Virus record (IMG/VR): IMGVR_UViG_3300031957_002938 | Span: 25,659-89,658 of that record | Source of the DNA: a virus | Length of the DNA stretch: 64,000 nucleotides | Direction: 5' to 3' (one strand) | Part shown: one piece after another, positions 10,653 through 18,693 of the stretch | Layout: each line of letters starts with the position of its first letter | Position numbering within the stretch: position 1 is the first letter of the stretch | Notes under the pieces: model-generated | Told to the model about the DNA's origin: nothing | Database searches by the model: none | The model's input: only the letters and a program-made list of their open reading frames with translations | Made by a program: the position numbers and the translations under genes

Positions 10653-11498
10653 TTATAATTTAACCTGTTTAATTGTCGCGCTAGTCGTTAAAGTCTCTCC
10701 TCCTTGATTAGAGTAAGATTCTGTTAATAACCTAGAACCGACAGTGAAATTAATTAAATCTTGTACAAATGGAGTAGTAGTACCTATTCCATGAACATTC
10801 ACACTTAGACTACTTGATAGCGACTCTCCACTGAAATTTATTAAATTTTTTAAACCTGTAGATGATATGGTTATTTCTTCCTCTACTCCATCAAGAAGCA
10901 TAGATGAAGCGTTTATTGACCCAATCCCGTAAACTGGTGTTCGGGCGTAACTTCTTTGAAAGCTTATTTGAGATTTAACATCACTTAGAATGTTTGCGTT
11001 GTCATTTACAGAACATGTATGACCATATGCGATTAGATTACTATCTAATGGTATTTCTCCCCCATTATAAGGATTTGGATCTCCGCTCACAGGTTGACCA
11101 ACCGCAGGTTCCAAAGAAACAAAATTAGCCTTTAATGTAACAGGAGCGAATGGACTAACGTCTATAGAAACATCTTTAGCGTAACATTTATGATAAACAC
11201 CACTCCCCACTTGGATTGATACAAAATTATCTTGATTCGCATCTTTTAAAAAGTCTAAACCAGATACCATACCTGATTGGAAAACGCAGTTAACTGATAT
11301 ATCAGCAGTAAGCGCTCCATTAAAACCAAACTGGTCATTAGAGGCTATTGTTTTTCCTTGTTTACGGTTGGGGCTATGATTTGTATTGTAATTTACACTG
11401 GCTTGAGTGGCAGGAACATAACCATTTACTTCATTCGGAACGGCTGTAGATCCGACACTCCCAATATAAACAGGAAACTCACTATATGGTAAACTCAT
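10653..11498 (-). CDS. Virion structural protein (tail-tube/baseplate-like)
   Basis: 281 aa, beta-rich with Ser/Thr/Val, RTPVYGIG motif, preceded by the GTGTAA motif. Confidence 0.45.
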   Translation of the reverse strand: MSLPYSEFPVYIGSVGSTAVPNEVNGYVPATQASVNYNTNHSPNRKQGKTIASNDQFGFNGALTADISVNCVFQSGMVSGLDFLKDANQDNFVSIQVGSGVYHKCYAKDVSIDVSPFAPVTLKANFVSLEPAVGQPVSGDPNPYNGGEIPLDSNLIAYGHTCSVNDNANILSDVKSQISFQRSYARTPVYGIGSINASSMLLDGVEEEITISSTGLKNLINFSGESLSSSLSVNVHGIGTTTPFVQDLINFTVGSRLLTESYSNQGGETLTTSATIKQVKL

Positions 11499-11517
11499 TT
11501 GTTTAATTTACACCATT

Positions 11518-11679
11518 TTACTGATTACCAACTACCATAAGGCCAAAATTTGCCGTAGCATATGATATCCAGATCACACCCCAACCATATTCCTTCTTCA
11601 TGAAATACGCAACAGCCACAACCCCATACATCAATCCCGCCAACAAAGGCACATACTTTGTTATATCGTCAAGAGTCAC
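11518..11679 (-). CDS. Small two-TM membrane protein
   Basis: MTLDDITKYVPLLAGLMYGVVAVAYFMKKEYGWGVIWISYATANFGLMVVGNQ, GTG start 5 nt after a TATAAT. Confidence 0.6.
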   Translation of the reverse strand: MTLDDITKYVPLLAGLMYGVVAVAYFMKKEYGWGVIWISYATANFGLMVVGNQ

Positions 11680-11911
11680 TCTTAATTATAGGGTCTGATT
11701 ATTTTTTTTAAACAATAAATAGAACTCATGCCCCCGTTTACCACGCCCAGACAAATGGGTGGGGGTTTCACCGTTGATAAATTGATAATGGACTCCCCCG
11801 CTCATTTTGCCACGCAAACGCTTAAAAATATTTTCAGAAATGGGGTGGGGTCTTGTGGGGTGTCAAGTCTTTTTTTAAATAAAAAAAAATAAAAAAAATA
11901 CAATAAACTAG

Positions 11912-11940
11912 TTGCGTTTAGTTTTAATCTGTGCTATACT
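11912..11940 (+). promoter_or_regulatory. First of about 15 sigma70-type early promoters with leaderless geometry
   Basis: TTGCGT-17-TATACT with an upstream A-tract; ATG follows 6 nt after the -10 box. Confidence 0.8.
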
Positions 11941-11946
11941 TACTAC

Positions 11947-12177
11947 ATGAAAAACAAAGAATTAATAAATCGTTTAGGTAATGGAGTTGAGTTCACCGCA
12001 CAAGGTGAGTGGTTTGTAGTCGCAGACACCGACTTTGAAAATGGTGTCGTGTGGGGCGTTGATCAAGACGGCGGCGAGCGCGAGGTCTCTATAGATTCTA
12101 TAGATGACATAAGCGAAAGTTTAGCCGACATGGTAAGCCGTGATTGGTCGCCTATGCTCAACAAATTGAGCATATAA
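11947..12177 (+). CDS. Early hypothetical protein
   Basis: 76 aa, own promoter. Confidence 0.75.
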   Translation: MKNKELINRLGNGVEFTAQGEWFVVADTDFENGVVWGVDQDGGEREVSIDSIDDISESLADMVSRDWSPMLNKLSI

Positions 12178-12235
12178 AAAAAAGATCAAAAAAGATCAAA
12201 AAAGATCTTGATTAACTTTTAACCCTGTGCTATAT
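12176..12235 (+). repeat. AAAAAAGATC tandem units fused to a promoter (also at about 12387-12432 and 12898-12925)
   Basis: (aaaaaagatc)x2-3 immediately followed by TTGAyT. Confidence 0.8.
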
Positions 12236-12241
12236 TCAGAT

Positions 12242-12388
12242 ATGGAAAATAAAACAGATAAATACATCATCTACGGTCAGTATGACCGAGATCATGAGTT
12301 TGACGGCACACTCGAAGAGTGCCGCGAGTGGATTCGCGTAGTCGATCCTAAGTGCAAGTGGTACTTCATAGCTCACGAGAGTGAGTAA
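12242..12388 (+). CDS. Early small protein (48 aa)
   Basis: MENKTDKYIIYGQYDRD..., own promoter TTGATT-17-TATATT. Confidence 0.7.
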   Translation: MENKTDKYIIYGQYDRDHEFDGTLEECREWIRVVDPKCKWYFIAHESE

Positions 12389-12441
12389 AAAAGATCAAAA
12401 AAGATCTTGACTAACTTTTAACCCTGTGCTATAGTATAAAC

Positions 12442-12645
12442 ATGACAGCAAAACAAGAATTACAATCAATCGAAGGCGAGGAAATCATTTTCAACATCTT
12501 TGACAATCAAGTCGAGCAAGGCATCCTTTCCTTTGATGCAAATGAAAATGCGATAGTGACCTTTGACGATGGCGAGACAATGCAAATAAAAGTCGAGCAG
12601 TTCGTTGACACATACGAAAATTGGAGCAAAGAAAACTTCAGCTAA
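12442..12645 (+). CDS. Early hypothetical protein
   Basis: 67 aa, acidic, own promoter. Confidence 0.75.
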   Translation: MTAKQELQSIEGEEIIFNIFDNQVEQGILSFDANENAIVTFDDGETMQIKVEQFVDTYENWSKENFS

Positions 12646-12698
12646 AAAAATATAATAAAATAGTTGCAATCAATTCTAATCTAGATTATACTTAAGCC

Positions 12699-12899
12699 AT
12701 GACAAAGACCAATCAAATCAGAATCACACGTTACTCTCACGCAAATCAGTATGACAATTCTCATTGTGGAATTGTTATAAACAAGGACAGATCAAAAGCA
12801 TATGTCACGGTTCACGTTGCAGAAATGGCTTTTAAGTGCGTAGATGTCTCAAGAGAGGACGCGCTAAAGATCCTCAAGACAATGAAATCGGAGGCATAA
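12699..12899 (+). CDS. Early hypothetical protein
   Basis: 66 aa, promoter TTGCAA-17-TATACT. Confidence 0.75.
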   Translation: MTKTNQIRITRYSHANQYDNSHCGIVINKDRSKAYVTVHVAEMAFKCVDVSREDALKILKTMKSEA

Positions 12900-12951
12900 A
12901 AAGATCAAAAAAGATCTTGATTAAAATCTAAAATTCAACTATACTACCCAC

Positions 12952-13125
12952 ATGACAGCAACCGAAGAAGCACTAGCAGCAATGGCCAAAGCAGAAGAAG
13001 CGTGGAACGAAATGGTTAACAGAACCGTCGATGTCTCGGGCCAGTTCGTAAAAGAATGCCAAGAGTTCCAGAAAGAGCAGCGGGAATGGCTGCGCGAAAA
13101 AAAAGATTCTAAAAACGCAAAATAA
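12952..13125 (+). CDS. Early small helical protein (57 aa)
   Basis: MTATEEALAAMAKAEEAW..., own promoter. Confidence 0.7.
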   Translation: MTATEEALAAMAKAEEAWNEMVNRTVDVSGQFVKECQEFQKEQREWLREKKDSKNAK

Positions 13126-13162
13126 TCCTTGCACTAATCCAAAATTCAACTATACTACTCAC

Positions 13163-13423
13163 ATGACAGCAAGCAAAGAATACTACCGCAGCGTAACTTG
13201 GGACGATGGCCGCACAGTCAAATTCAACGATGACTTCGAAGTCGAAGGCTTCACCAAGGTCACCGATATATGGCCTTCTGAAAGTTCTATAGCTAGGAAC
13301 CTTGAGCAACGCAAAGCTTTAGGCGGCGGCAAGTCTTTCGGATACCGCTACAAGTCTATGCAAAGACAAGACTGGTATGTAGACTTCGACGCAAAAGCTT
13401 TCTGGGCTTCTGATAACGTCTAA
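13163..13423 (+). CDS. Early hypothetical protein
   Basis: 86 aa, own promoter. Confidence 0.75.
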   Translation: MTASKEYYRSVTWDDGRTVKFNDDFEVEGFTKVTDIWPSESSIARNLEQRKALGGGKSFGYRYKSMQRQDWYVDFDAKAFWASDNV

Positions 13424-13466
13424 AAAAAAACTTTACTAACTTCTAAAACTACACTATACTACCCAC

Positions 13467-13715
13467 ATGAAAAAATTATTCTCTACTATCAATCACTTCA
13501 TCGACCGCTTTCTCTTTAGCCTGATGATATGCGTTAGCTTTAACCTTGCGCTCATATGCATAGCCGTCTTAATCGGTAGCGGTCCCGCACTTTTCAAAAG
13601 CGTTCTTCACGGTTGGGATGGCCTCGACTTTCTCGCTGTCATGTTTATACCGAGCACTTTCGGCGCGGTTGTGTTATTGTTAGGGGATGCAGTCTTGAAA
13701 ATAGTTCACAAATAA
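13467..13715 (+). CDS. Early membrane protein (2 TM)
   Basis: Two hydrophobic segments, own promoter. Confidence 0.7.
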   Translation: MKKLFSTINHFIDRFLFSLMICVSFNLALICIAVLIGSGPALFKSVLHGWDGLDFLAVMFIPSTFGAVVLLLGDAVLKIVHK

Positions 13716-13745
13716 TCTTGACAGGGTAACCTGTCGCTGTCATGG

Positions 13746-13780
13746 AGCCTCGTCACCCAAGGGTGGCGGGGCTTTTACTT
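13746..13780 (+). terminator. Rho-independent terminator
   Basis: agcctcgtcaccc-aa-gggtggcggggct followed by T-run. Confidence 0.8.
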
Positions 13781-13842
13781 TCTAAAAAAAAGTTAAAAAA
13801 AAACTTGACAAAGCTGCTTGTTGATAGTATGTAAAAAGCCTC

Positions 13843-13919
13843 GTAACTCACTGATAGTCAACGACTTACAAGGGCGCGGCCCCCGCCGCCCCGTAAGTGA
13901 CTGATACTCAACGACTTAC
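13843..13919 (+). repeat. 77-bp double-dyad element, copy 1
   Basis: 27-bp imperfect palindrome GTAAcTCnyTGAnnnTCAnnGAcTTAC, 23-bp GC-rich spacer, second 27-bp palindrome. Confidence 0.9.
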
Positions 13920-14103
13920 GAGCCTTTATACGCACAGTCGATCTGGGGGGCTGTCAAGTAAAAAAACACACTATTTACTATTTATCTATTTAACGTGTGA
14001 CCTGCGACCTGCAACGTGTCAAGTGAAATTTAAATAATAAAAAATAATAAAAAAGAATAAAAATGGTTGCATTAAACAAAAAATAGGTTATACTTACCCC
14101 ATC

Positions 14104-14274
14104 ATGACAGAGACAAAATCAGATCTTCAACAACTCCTCCAAGAACAGACTGCGGTCGCACTTATGAGAGACGACATCTCGTTTCTTATCGGTTGGACTA
14201 AAGCCGACAATCCAGAAATCGCTCAAAGACTTGAGGACATCTTGGCTAATCACACAAAAAACAGAAATAAGTAA
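14104..14274 (+). CDS. Early small protein (56 aa)
   Basis: MTETKSDLQQLLQEQ..., promoter TTGCAT-17-TATACT. Confidence 0.65.
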   Translation: MTETKSDLQQLLQEQTAVALMRDDISFLIGWTKADNPEIAQRLEDILANHTKNRNK

Positions 14275-14275
14275 A

Positions 14276-14467
14276 ATGATAAATCGAATCGATCAAATCC
14301 TAGCAAACCTAAACTGTGCCGCTGTAGATGGCGGCTTCTGCCTCTTTGTAAAGGATGGGGAAATTGTAGCCAAGGATCTTCTCTCCGAGGAGCCTCTTGA
14401 GTTTAATATCAGATTCGTTGGAACTGACATCTCTGACATCGAAGCAAAACCACTCACCAAAAAGTAA
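14276..14467 (+). CDS. Hypothetical protein
   Basis: MINRIDQ..., starts 1 nt after the upstream stop codon. Confidence 0.6.
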   Translation: MINRIDQILANLNCAAVDGGFCLFVKDGEIVAKDLLSEEPLEFNIRFVGTDISDIEAKPLTKK

Positions 14468-14468
14468 C

Positions 14469-14843
14469 ATGGGACTAGACCAATACGCAAAAAAAGTAAA
14501 GAGGAGATACAATCACGAAACCCTCACGGAGACAATCGTCAAAACTGAAATAGGTTACTGGCGCAAGCATCACGCACTAGAGTCTTATATGGCTGAACTA
14601 TACAGCACTAAGACATATGATACAGGAGAGTTTAACCTTAAAACTCTTAATCTTGACTCTGATGACTTGGATACCTTGGAAATGGTAATTAAAAAAAGTT
14701 TGTTACCTAAAACAGTATGGGGAGGGGTCAAGGATTGCACTGAAGATAATGACGAATATAAAGAAACTGATCTTGAGTTTATAACTAAAGCAAGAAAATG
14801 TCTCGCCAAAGGTTTCGAGGTGCAATATACATCTTGGTGGTAA
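14469..14843 (+). CDS. Conserved phage hypothetical protein (MGLDQY...YWRKH...SWW family)
   Basis: Recognisable N-terminal MGLDQY and YWRK motifs; start at 14469. Confidence 0.75.
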   Translation: MGLDQYAKKVKRRYNHETLTETIVKTEIGYWRKHHALESYMAELYSTKTYDTGEFNLKTLNLDSDDLDTLEMVIKKSLLPKTVWGGVKDCTEDNDEYKETDLEFITKARKCLAKGFEVQYTSWW

Positions 14844-14904
14844 AGACTTAAAAAAAAAGTAATAAAACGCTTGCGCCCTCATAGGATCGGGGTATACTAA
14901 TAGC

Positions 14905-15111
14905 ATGACAGTTCAAAATCCAATAGGCGACTTACAACCAATGAATGAAACCGATCTCCGCGAAATGCTCGACGACGGGCCTCGCGCTGGCAACTGGAAT
15001 CCCACACCCGACGAGGTGCAGGAGGCGCTAGCGCAGATCCACGCCGACATGGGTGACCGCGACCCTAACTGGTCATCGGAGGTTGAGGATCAAGACGAGA
15101 TCCCGATGTAA
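14905..15111 (+). CDS. Early acidic small protein
   Basis: 68 aa, promoter TTGCGC-17-TATACT. Confidence 0.7.
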   Translation: MTVQNPIGDLQPMNETDLREMLDDGPRAGNWNPTPDEVQEALAQIHADMGDRDPNWSSEVEDQDEIPM

Positions 15112-15114
15112 GCT

Positions 15115-15191
15115 GTAACTCCCTAAGTCTCAACGACTTAGGGGGGCGCGGCCCCCGCCCACTCGTAACTCGTTGATACTCAACAGGTTAT
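15115..15191 (+). repeat. 77-bp double-dyad element, copy 2
   Basis: Same 27-23-27 layout as copy 1. Confidence 0.9.
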
Positions 15192-15351
15192 GAAGCAAAA
15201 ATAAAAATGCATTTAAATGCAAAAAAAAGGTTGCAATCTCTATTTGTTGTGATATACTACGTCCATGAAGTTGAAATTCCCCAAACTCTGGAGCAAAAAA
15301 AACAACAAATTACCACTTGACCTAACCCCACTTATCGGTTATACTACTCTC

Positions 15352-15639
15352 ATGAATAAAACAACACACATCCTCAACACAGGTCCACACAACGACCTTC
15401 CTTCCAACCCTATCGAACTCGCCTCTGCTTTGACTGGCAAAACTTTGGTATACAATGCTATCAAGTCCACCGTTAAAAGTAATAACACTAGAGTGTTTAA
15501 AGTTCAAAAGGTTGATGACGTATATACTTCAAACTCTACTGGTGAGAAGTGCGTGACTGTTTGGGCTAACGACATCGATAGAGATGGAGAACTTGTCCCT
15601 CGCACTTTGCACGTTCACGGTATCAAATCAATTTCCTAA
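15352..15639 (+). CDS. Early hypothetical protein (second in-frame start with its own promoter at 15265)
   Basis: TTGACC-17-TATACT-6-ATG at 15352. Confidence 0.7.
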   Translation: MNKTTHILNTGPHNDLPSNPIELASALTGKTLVYNAIKSTVKSNNTRVFKVQKVDDVYTSNSTGEKCVTVWANDIDRDGELVPRTLHVHGIKSIS

Positions 15640-15640
15640 T

Positions 15641-15709
15641 GGGGGAAGTGTGTGGTGGGGGGTGGTCTGCTGAAAGTAAAAGTATGTAGGCGGCTGCCCC
15701 CCATTTCCC
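15641..15709 (+). ncRNA. Candidate structured RNA (long G-U-rich stem)
   Basis: tggggggtggtc pairs with ggctgcccccca and gtctgc with gtaggc only when G-U pairs are allowed on the + strand; no U-tract follows. Confidence 0.35.
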
Positions 15710-15752
15710 TAAAAAAACTTTACAAACAATAAACAATAAACTATACTAACCC

Positions 15753-15971
15753 ATGTCAAAATCACCTGAATCAATTCGTATCGAAGTCCAAAATAAAGAT
15801 CAAGCTATCTTGCTTCAACACGCCTTACGTATCGTTCATCAAGACCTCGCCTCATATATGGGAGAGGTGCAAGATGACAAGTTCGAAAATTTTGTGGATA
15901 ATGTGAAATGGACGCGTAAGCATCTAACTTCATTAGACAAAAAGTTTTCTTTGACTGCTAGCGAGTCTTAG
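15753..15971 (+). CDS. Early hypothetical protein
   Basis: 72 aa, own promoter. Confidence 0.7.
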   Translation: MSKSPESIRIEVQNKDQAILLQHALRIVHQDLASYMGEVQDDKFENFVDNVKWTRKHLTSLDKKFSLTASES

Positions 15972-15974
15972 AAA

Positions 15975-16077
15975 ATCGGTGGTAACAGTGACCAACTCTT
16001 AATTGACTGGCACTCGTCAACAAGCCGACCCTCTCCTGTTTTTTCAGCGCAGTCTAATTAGTGGGAGGGGGAACCAA
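15975..16077 (+). ncRNA. Candidate pseudoknotted RNA
   Basis: taattgactg/cagtctaatta and ccctctc/gggaggg are interleaved A-B-A'-B'. Confidence 0.35.
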
Positions 16078-16097
16078 TTTTCTTTTGGACATATCTA

Positions 16098-16131
16098 CCT
16101 CGTCCCCTTCTGTCATGGGGGGCGGGGTTTT
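16098..16131 (+). terminator. Rho-independent terminator
   Basis: cctcgtcccc...ggggcgggg followed by tttt. Confidence 0.7.
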
Positions 16132-16136
16132 CCTTT

Positions 16137-16213
16137 GTAACTCACTGATACTTAGGGGGTTACGAGGCAGCGGCCCCCCGCGCCGTGTAACTCGTTGATA
16201 CTCAATGACTTAC
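16137..16213 (+). repeat. 77-bp double-dyad element, copy 3
   Basis: Same 27-23-27 layout. Confidence 0.9.
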
Positions 16214-16353
16214 GAGGCAAAAATAAGCACACTTTTCTAGGTCTGTCAAGCATTTATTCTAACTATTTTGTCAAGAACTATTTTACCCAAAAAAGATTCA
16301 AATTAAATGCAGAAAGTTATTGCAATCCGTCTCATTCTCGCTATACTTCTTGC

Positions 16354-17208
16354 ATGAGCTTAATCCTAGCTAAAAACAAAGTAAGTCGCGAGCAACTCGC
16401 GGCTGTCGATTCAGACACAGGTCTGTTTCTCGAAGGATTCGGTGAAAACGGAGTAGCTAAAAGGACTCCTGATTCCACCGATACCCACACACCAATCGCT
16501 CACTCGCTTCTCGTTGATGAAGCGCACAAGGCATTGGATCGGTTCGGCTTCGCAGTCGAAGAAGAAGAACACGCTCTCGCGTGTGCAGGTGACCAATACT
16601 TTGGCGGCTTTGCCATCAAAGGTCAAGATATCGAAGCTGCTGACCGCCGTTTGGTTGTCGGTCTTCGCAACTCGCATAACAAGCGTTTTTCCGCTTCGGT
16701 TTGCATCGGCAACCAAATGATGGTTTGTGAAAACCTTTGTTTCTCTTCTGATGTAAAGCTTGCTCGCAAGCATACAAAATACATCGTCGGGGATCTTTCG
16801 CGCCTCCTTTCGGATGCAATCTCTAGTGTCGTCGAGCATTGGTCCGACATGGGCGACCGCATCAAAGCCTACAAGGCTACAGAGGTCGCTTCTAATCGCG
16901 TTGCCGACTTGGTTGTAGACTTGGTTGATGCCAAGGCCGTTGCTAAAGGTCGCATCTACGATGTTGTCGAAGAGTTTCGCAACCCTCGTCACGACGAGTT
17001 CAAAGGCGGCTCTCTCTGGACTCTCTACAATGGGATCACAGAGAATCTCAAGGGCAACGATATGACTTTGTTGTCAAATCGGACTCGCAAGATTCAAGGA
17101 ATCTTTGACAGGGTAGCGGGTCACACCTCGCTCGCGCAAATCGAAGCGGCTAAAAAAGCCGCCGAGGAAGCCGCGAAAGAGGCCGAGATGGTCGCGCTTC
17201 CCGCGTAG
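16354..17208 (+). CDS. DUF932/DUF945-like protein of phages and plasmids
   Basis: THTPIAH, LRNSHNK...VCENL, RKHT and SLWTLYNGITE motifs. True start MSLIL follows TTGCAA-17-TATACT. Confidence 0.75.
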   Translation: MSLILAKNKVSREQLAAVDSDTGLFLEGFGENGVAKRTPDSTDTHTPIAHSLLVDEAHKALDRFGFAVEEEEHALACAGDQYFGGFAIKGQDIEAADRRLVVGLRNSHNKRFSASVCIGNQMMVCENLCFSSDVKLARKHTKYIVGDLSRLLSDAISSVVEHWSDMGDRIKAYKATEVASNRVADLVVDLVDAKAVAKGRIYDVVEEFRNPRHDEFKGGSLWTLYNGITENLKGNDMTLLSNRTRKIQGIFDRVAGHTSLAQIEAAKKAAEEAAKEAEMVALPA

Positions 17209-17222
17209 GTAAACCCATCACA

Positions 17223-17252
17223 GCCCGTCCCCGAGAGGGGGCGGGTTTTTTT
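17223..17252 (+). terminator. Rho-independent terminator
   Basis: gcccgtcccc-gaga-gggggcgggt followed by T-run. Confidence 0.85.
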
Positions 17253-17301
17253 GTGCTTTCTTAAAACTTTTTTCTTGACACGCATTAAAGTAATAACCTT
17301 C

Positions 17302-17378
17302 GTAACTCGTTGGTTATCAATGAGTTAGGCGGCGCGGGGGGCCGCGCCCTCGTAACCCCTTGACTATCAACGTGTTAC
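17302..17378 (-). repeat. 77-bp double-dyad element, copy 4 (inverted)
   Basis: Spacer reverse complement gagggcgcggccccccgcgccgc matches copies 1 and 3. Confidence 0.9.
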
Positions 17379-17437
17379 AACTGAAAATAAATGCAATTAA
17401 ATTTGACAACGGTTTGCCCCCGTGCTATATTTAAGCC

Positions 17438-17674
17438 ATGACACCACCGAGACTAACCACAGAATCTTTTTCTATTTGCTATTATGATGGCAATACTGGA
17501 GAAGTAATAGAGCTTAAAACTTATCTTAATAACACTGGCCGAGTAATAGATACTTTGGAAATGGCTGTTGACAGCAAGCCCGAGTATGATGGACTTGTGC
17601 TATGGGATATAAACACTGTGAAAGAAGCAGATGACGACAGGAAACACATTGCAAAAAAAGTTTACCACAAGTAA
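17438..17674 (+). CDS. Early hypothetical protein
   Basis: 78 aa, TTGACA-17-TATATT promoter. Confidence 0.7.
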   Translation: MTPPRLTTESFSICYYDGNTGEVIELKTYLNNTGRVIDTLEMAVDSKPEYDGLVLWDINTVKEADDDRKHIAKKVYHK

Positions 17675-17739
17675 ATTAATTTAATTAATTTTAATTAAAA
17701 AAAATTGACAAACCGAGCGAGTCTTGTATACTAATGCTC

Positions 17740-18426
17740 ATGTCAAACCTACTTAATTCAGGAAACTATAAAACGAGTAAGGGCGAAAAGTATGGTTGGA
17801 AAACCTATGGCTTGCACCTTGCACCCTTTAACTTATCAGGAAAAAATGTTTGCTCTTCTGCTTCTGTTGGTTGTTCTACTGCTTGCCTCAATACTGCTGG
17901 TCGTGGATCAATGCATTCAGTTCAAGATGCCCGAGTTAAAAAAACACAGAGGTTTTTCGAGGATCGGGTTGAATTCTTATCGCAGCTATTCAAGGAAATC
18001 AAAAGCTCGGTCAAGAGCGCGGCGAAGAAACAAATAAACTCTTGTTTCAGGCTTAATCTCACAAGCGACTTGCCTTGGGAGAATATGGTGGTCAAACACT
18101 TTCCAGATTCTCAATTCTACGACTACACAAAACACTTAAAAAGATTCGTTGCATACTTAGAGGGAAAGCTCCCTGACAATTACCATCTTACTTACTCCAG
18201 GGATGAAACAACGCCCGATACATTAGTTCAAAGCTTGTGTGCAAGTGGTGGAAACGTCGCTGTCGTTTTCCGAGGAAGTCTCCCAAAGACATGGCTTGGA
18301 ATCGAAGTGATCGATGGCGACGATTCAGACTTGCGCTTTAAAGATGGCAACGGTAAAATTGTTGGGTTGCTAGAGAAAGGTCTTGCTAAGAAAGATGAAA
18401 CTGGATTCGTAGTAGAGCCATGTTAA
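17740..18426 (+). CDS. Gp88-like protein (degenerate radical-SAM-like, CxxxxxxCxxxC)
   Basis: NVCSSASVGCSTACLNTAGRG, FRLNLTSD, FYDYTK, NYHLTYS, DGDDSDLRF motifs. Confidence 0.75.
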   Translation: MSNLLNSGNYKTSKGEKYGWKTYGLHLAPFNLSGKNVCSSASVGCSTACLNTAGRGSMHSVQDARVKKTQRFFEDRVEFLSQLFKEIKSSVKSAAKKQINSCFRLNLTSDLPWENMVVKHFPDSQFYDYTKHLKRFVAYLEGKLPDNYHLTYSRDETTPDTLVQSLCASGGNVAVVFRGSLPKTWLGIEVIDGDDSDLRFKDGNGKIVGLLEKGLAKKDETGFVVEPC

Positions 18427-18503
18427 TAGATCCTCACTGGTTTATAATAATGATGACTTTACTTTTAACCCTTTGCTGCTATAGAAAACGAGAGTAATAA
18501 GAT

Positions 18504-18686
18504 ATGACAATAGAAGTAACACAAAAAGAAGTTTATGGAAACACCCTCACCTATGTGGCAGATGAATCCATAAGGAACTCCATAAAGAAACTAACGGGAA
18601 GAAAAACCTTGACAGACTATGACATCGAAGCTCTTAAAGAGCTAGGCTTTGTCTTAGTGCTTAAGCAAATGACCGTTGCTATCTAA
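18504..18686 (+). CDS. Small phage protein (VYG...LTGRKTLT family)
   Basis: 60 aa. Confidence 0.7.
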   Translation: MTIEVTQKEVYGNTLTYVADESIRNSIKKLTGRKTLTDYDIEALKELGFVLVLKQMTVAI

Positions 18687-18693
18687 AACCCCC

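Noticed and set aside
13951-14022. Reverse-strand TTGACA boxes near the elements as antisense promoters
   Set aside because: For the copies checked (11861, 13952, 16244) there is no properly spaced -10 box.
16195-16353. N-terminal extension of the DUF932-like ORF given in the track
   Set aside because: It runs through repeat copy 3 and the promoter, so the real start is 16354. The track starts at 2691, 14231, 14397, 27061 and 37267 are likewise over-extended.
16411-16992. 193-aa antisense ORF and other opposite-strand ORFs (e.g. 21470-21988, 47673-47981, 56451-56756, 61356-61616)
   Set aside because: These are shadows of well-supported genes, with no promoter, RBS or recognisable motifs.
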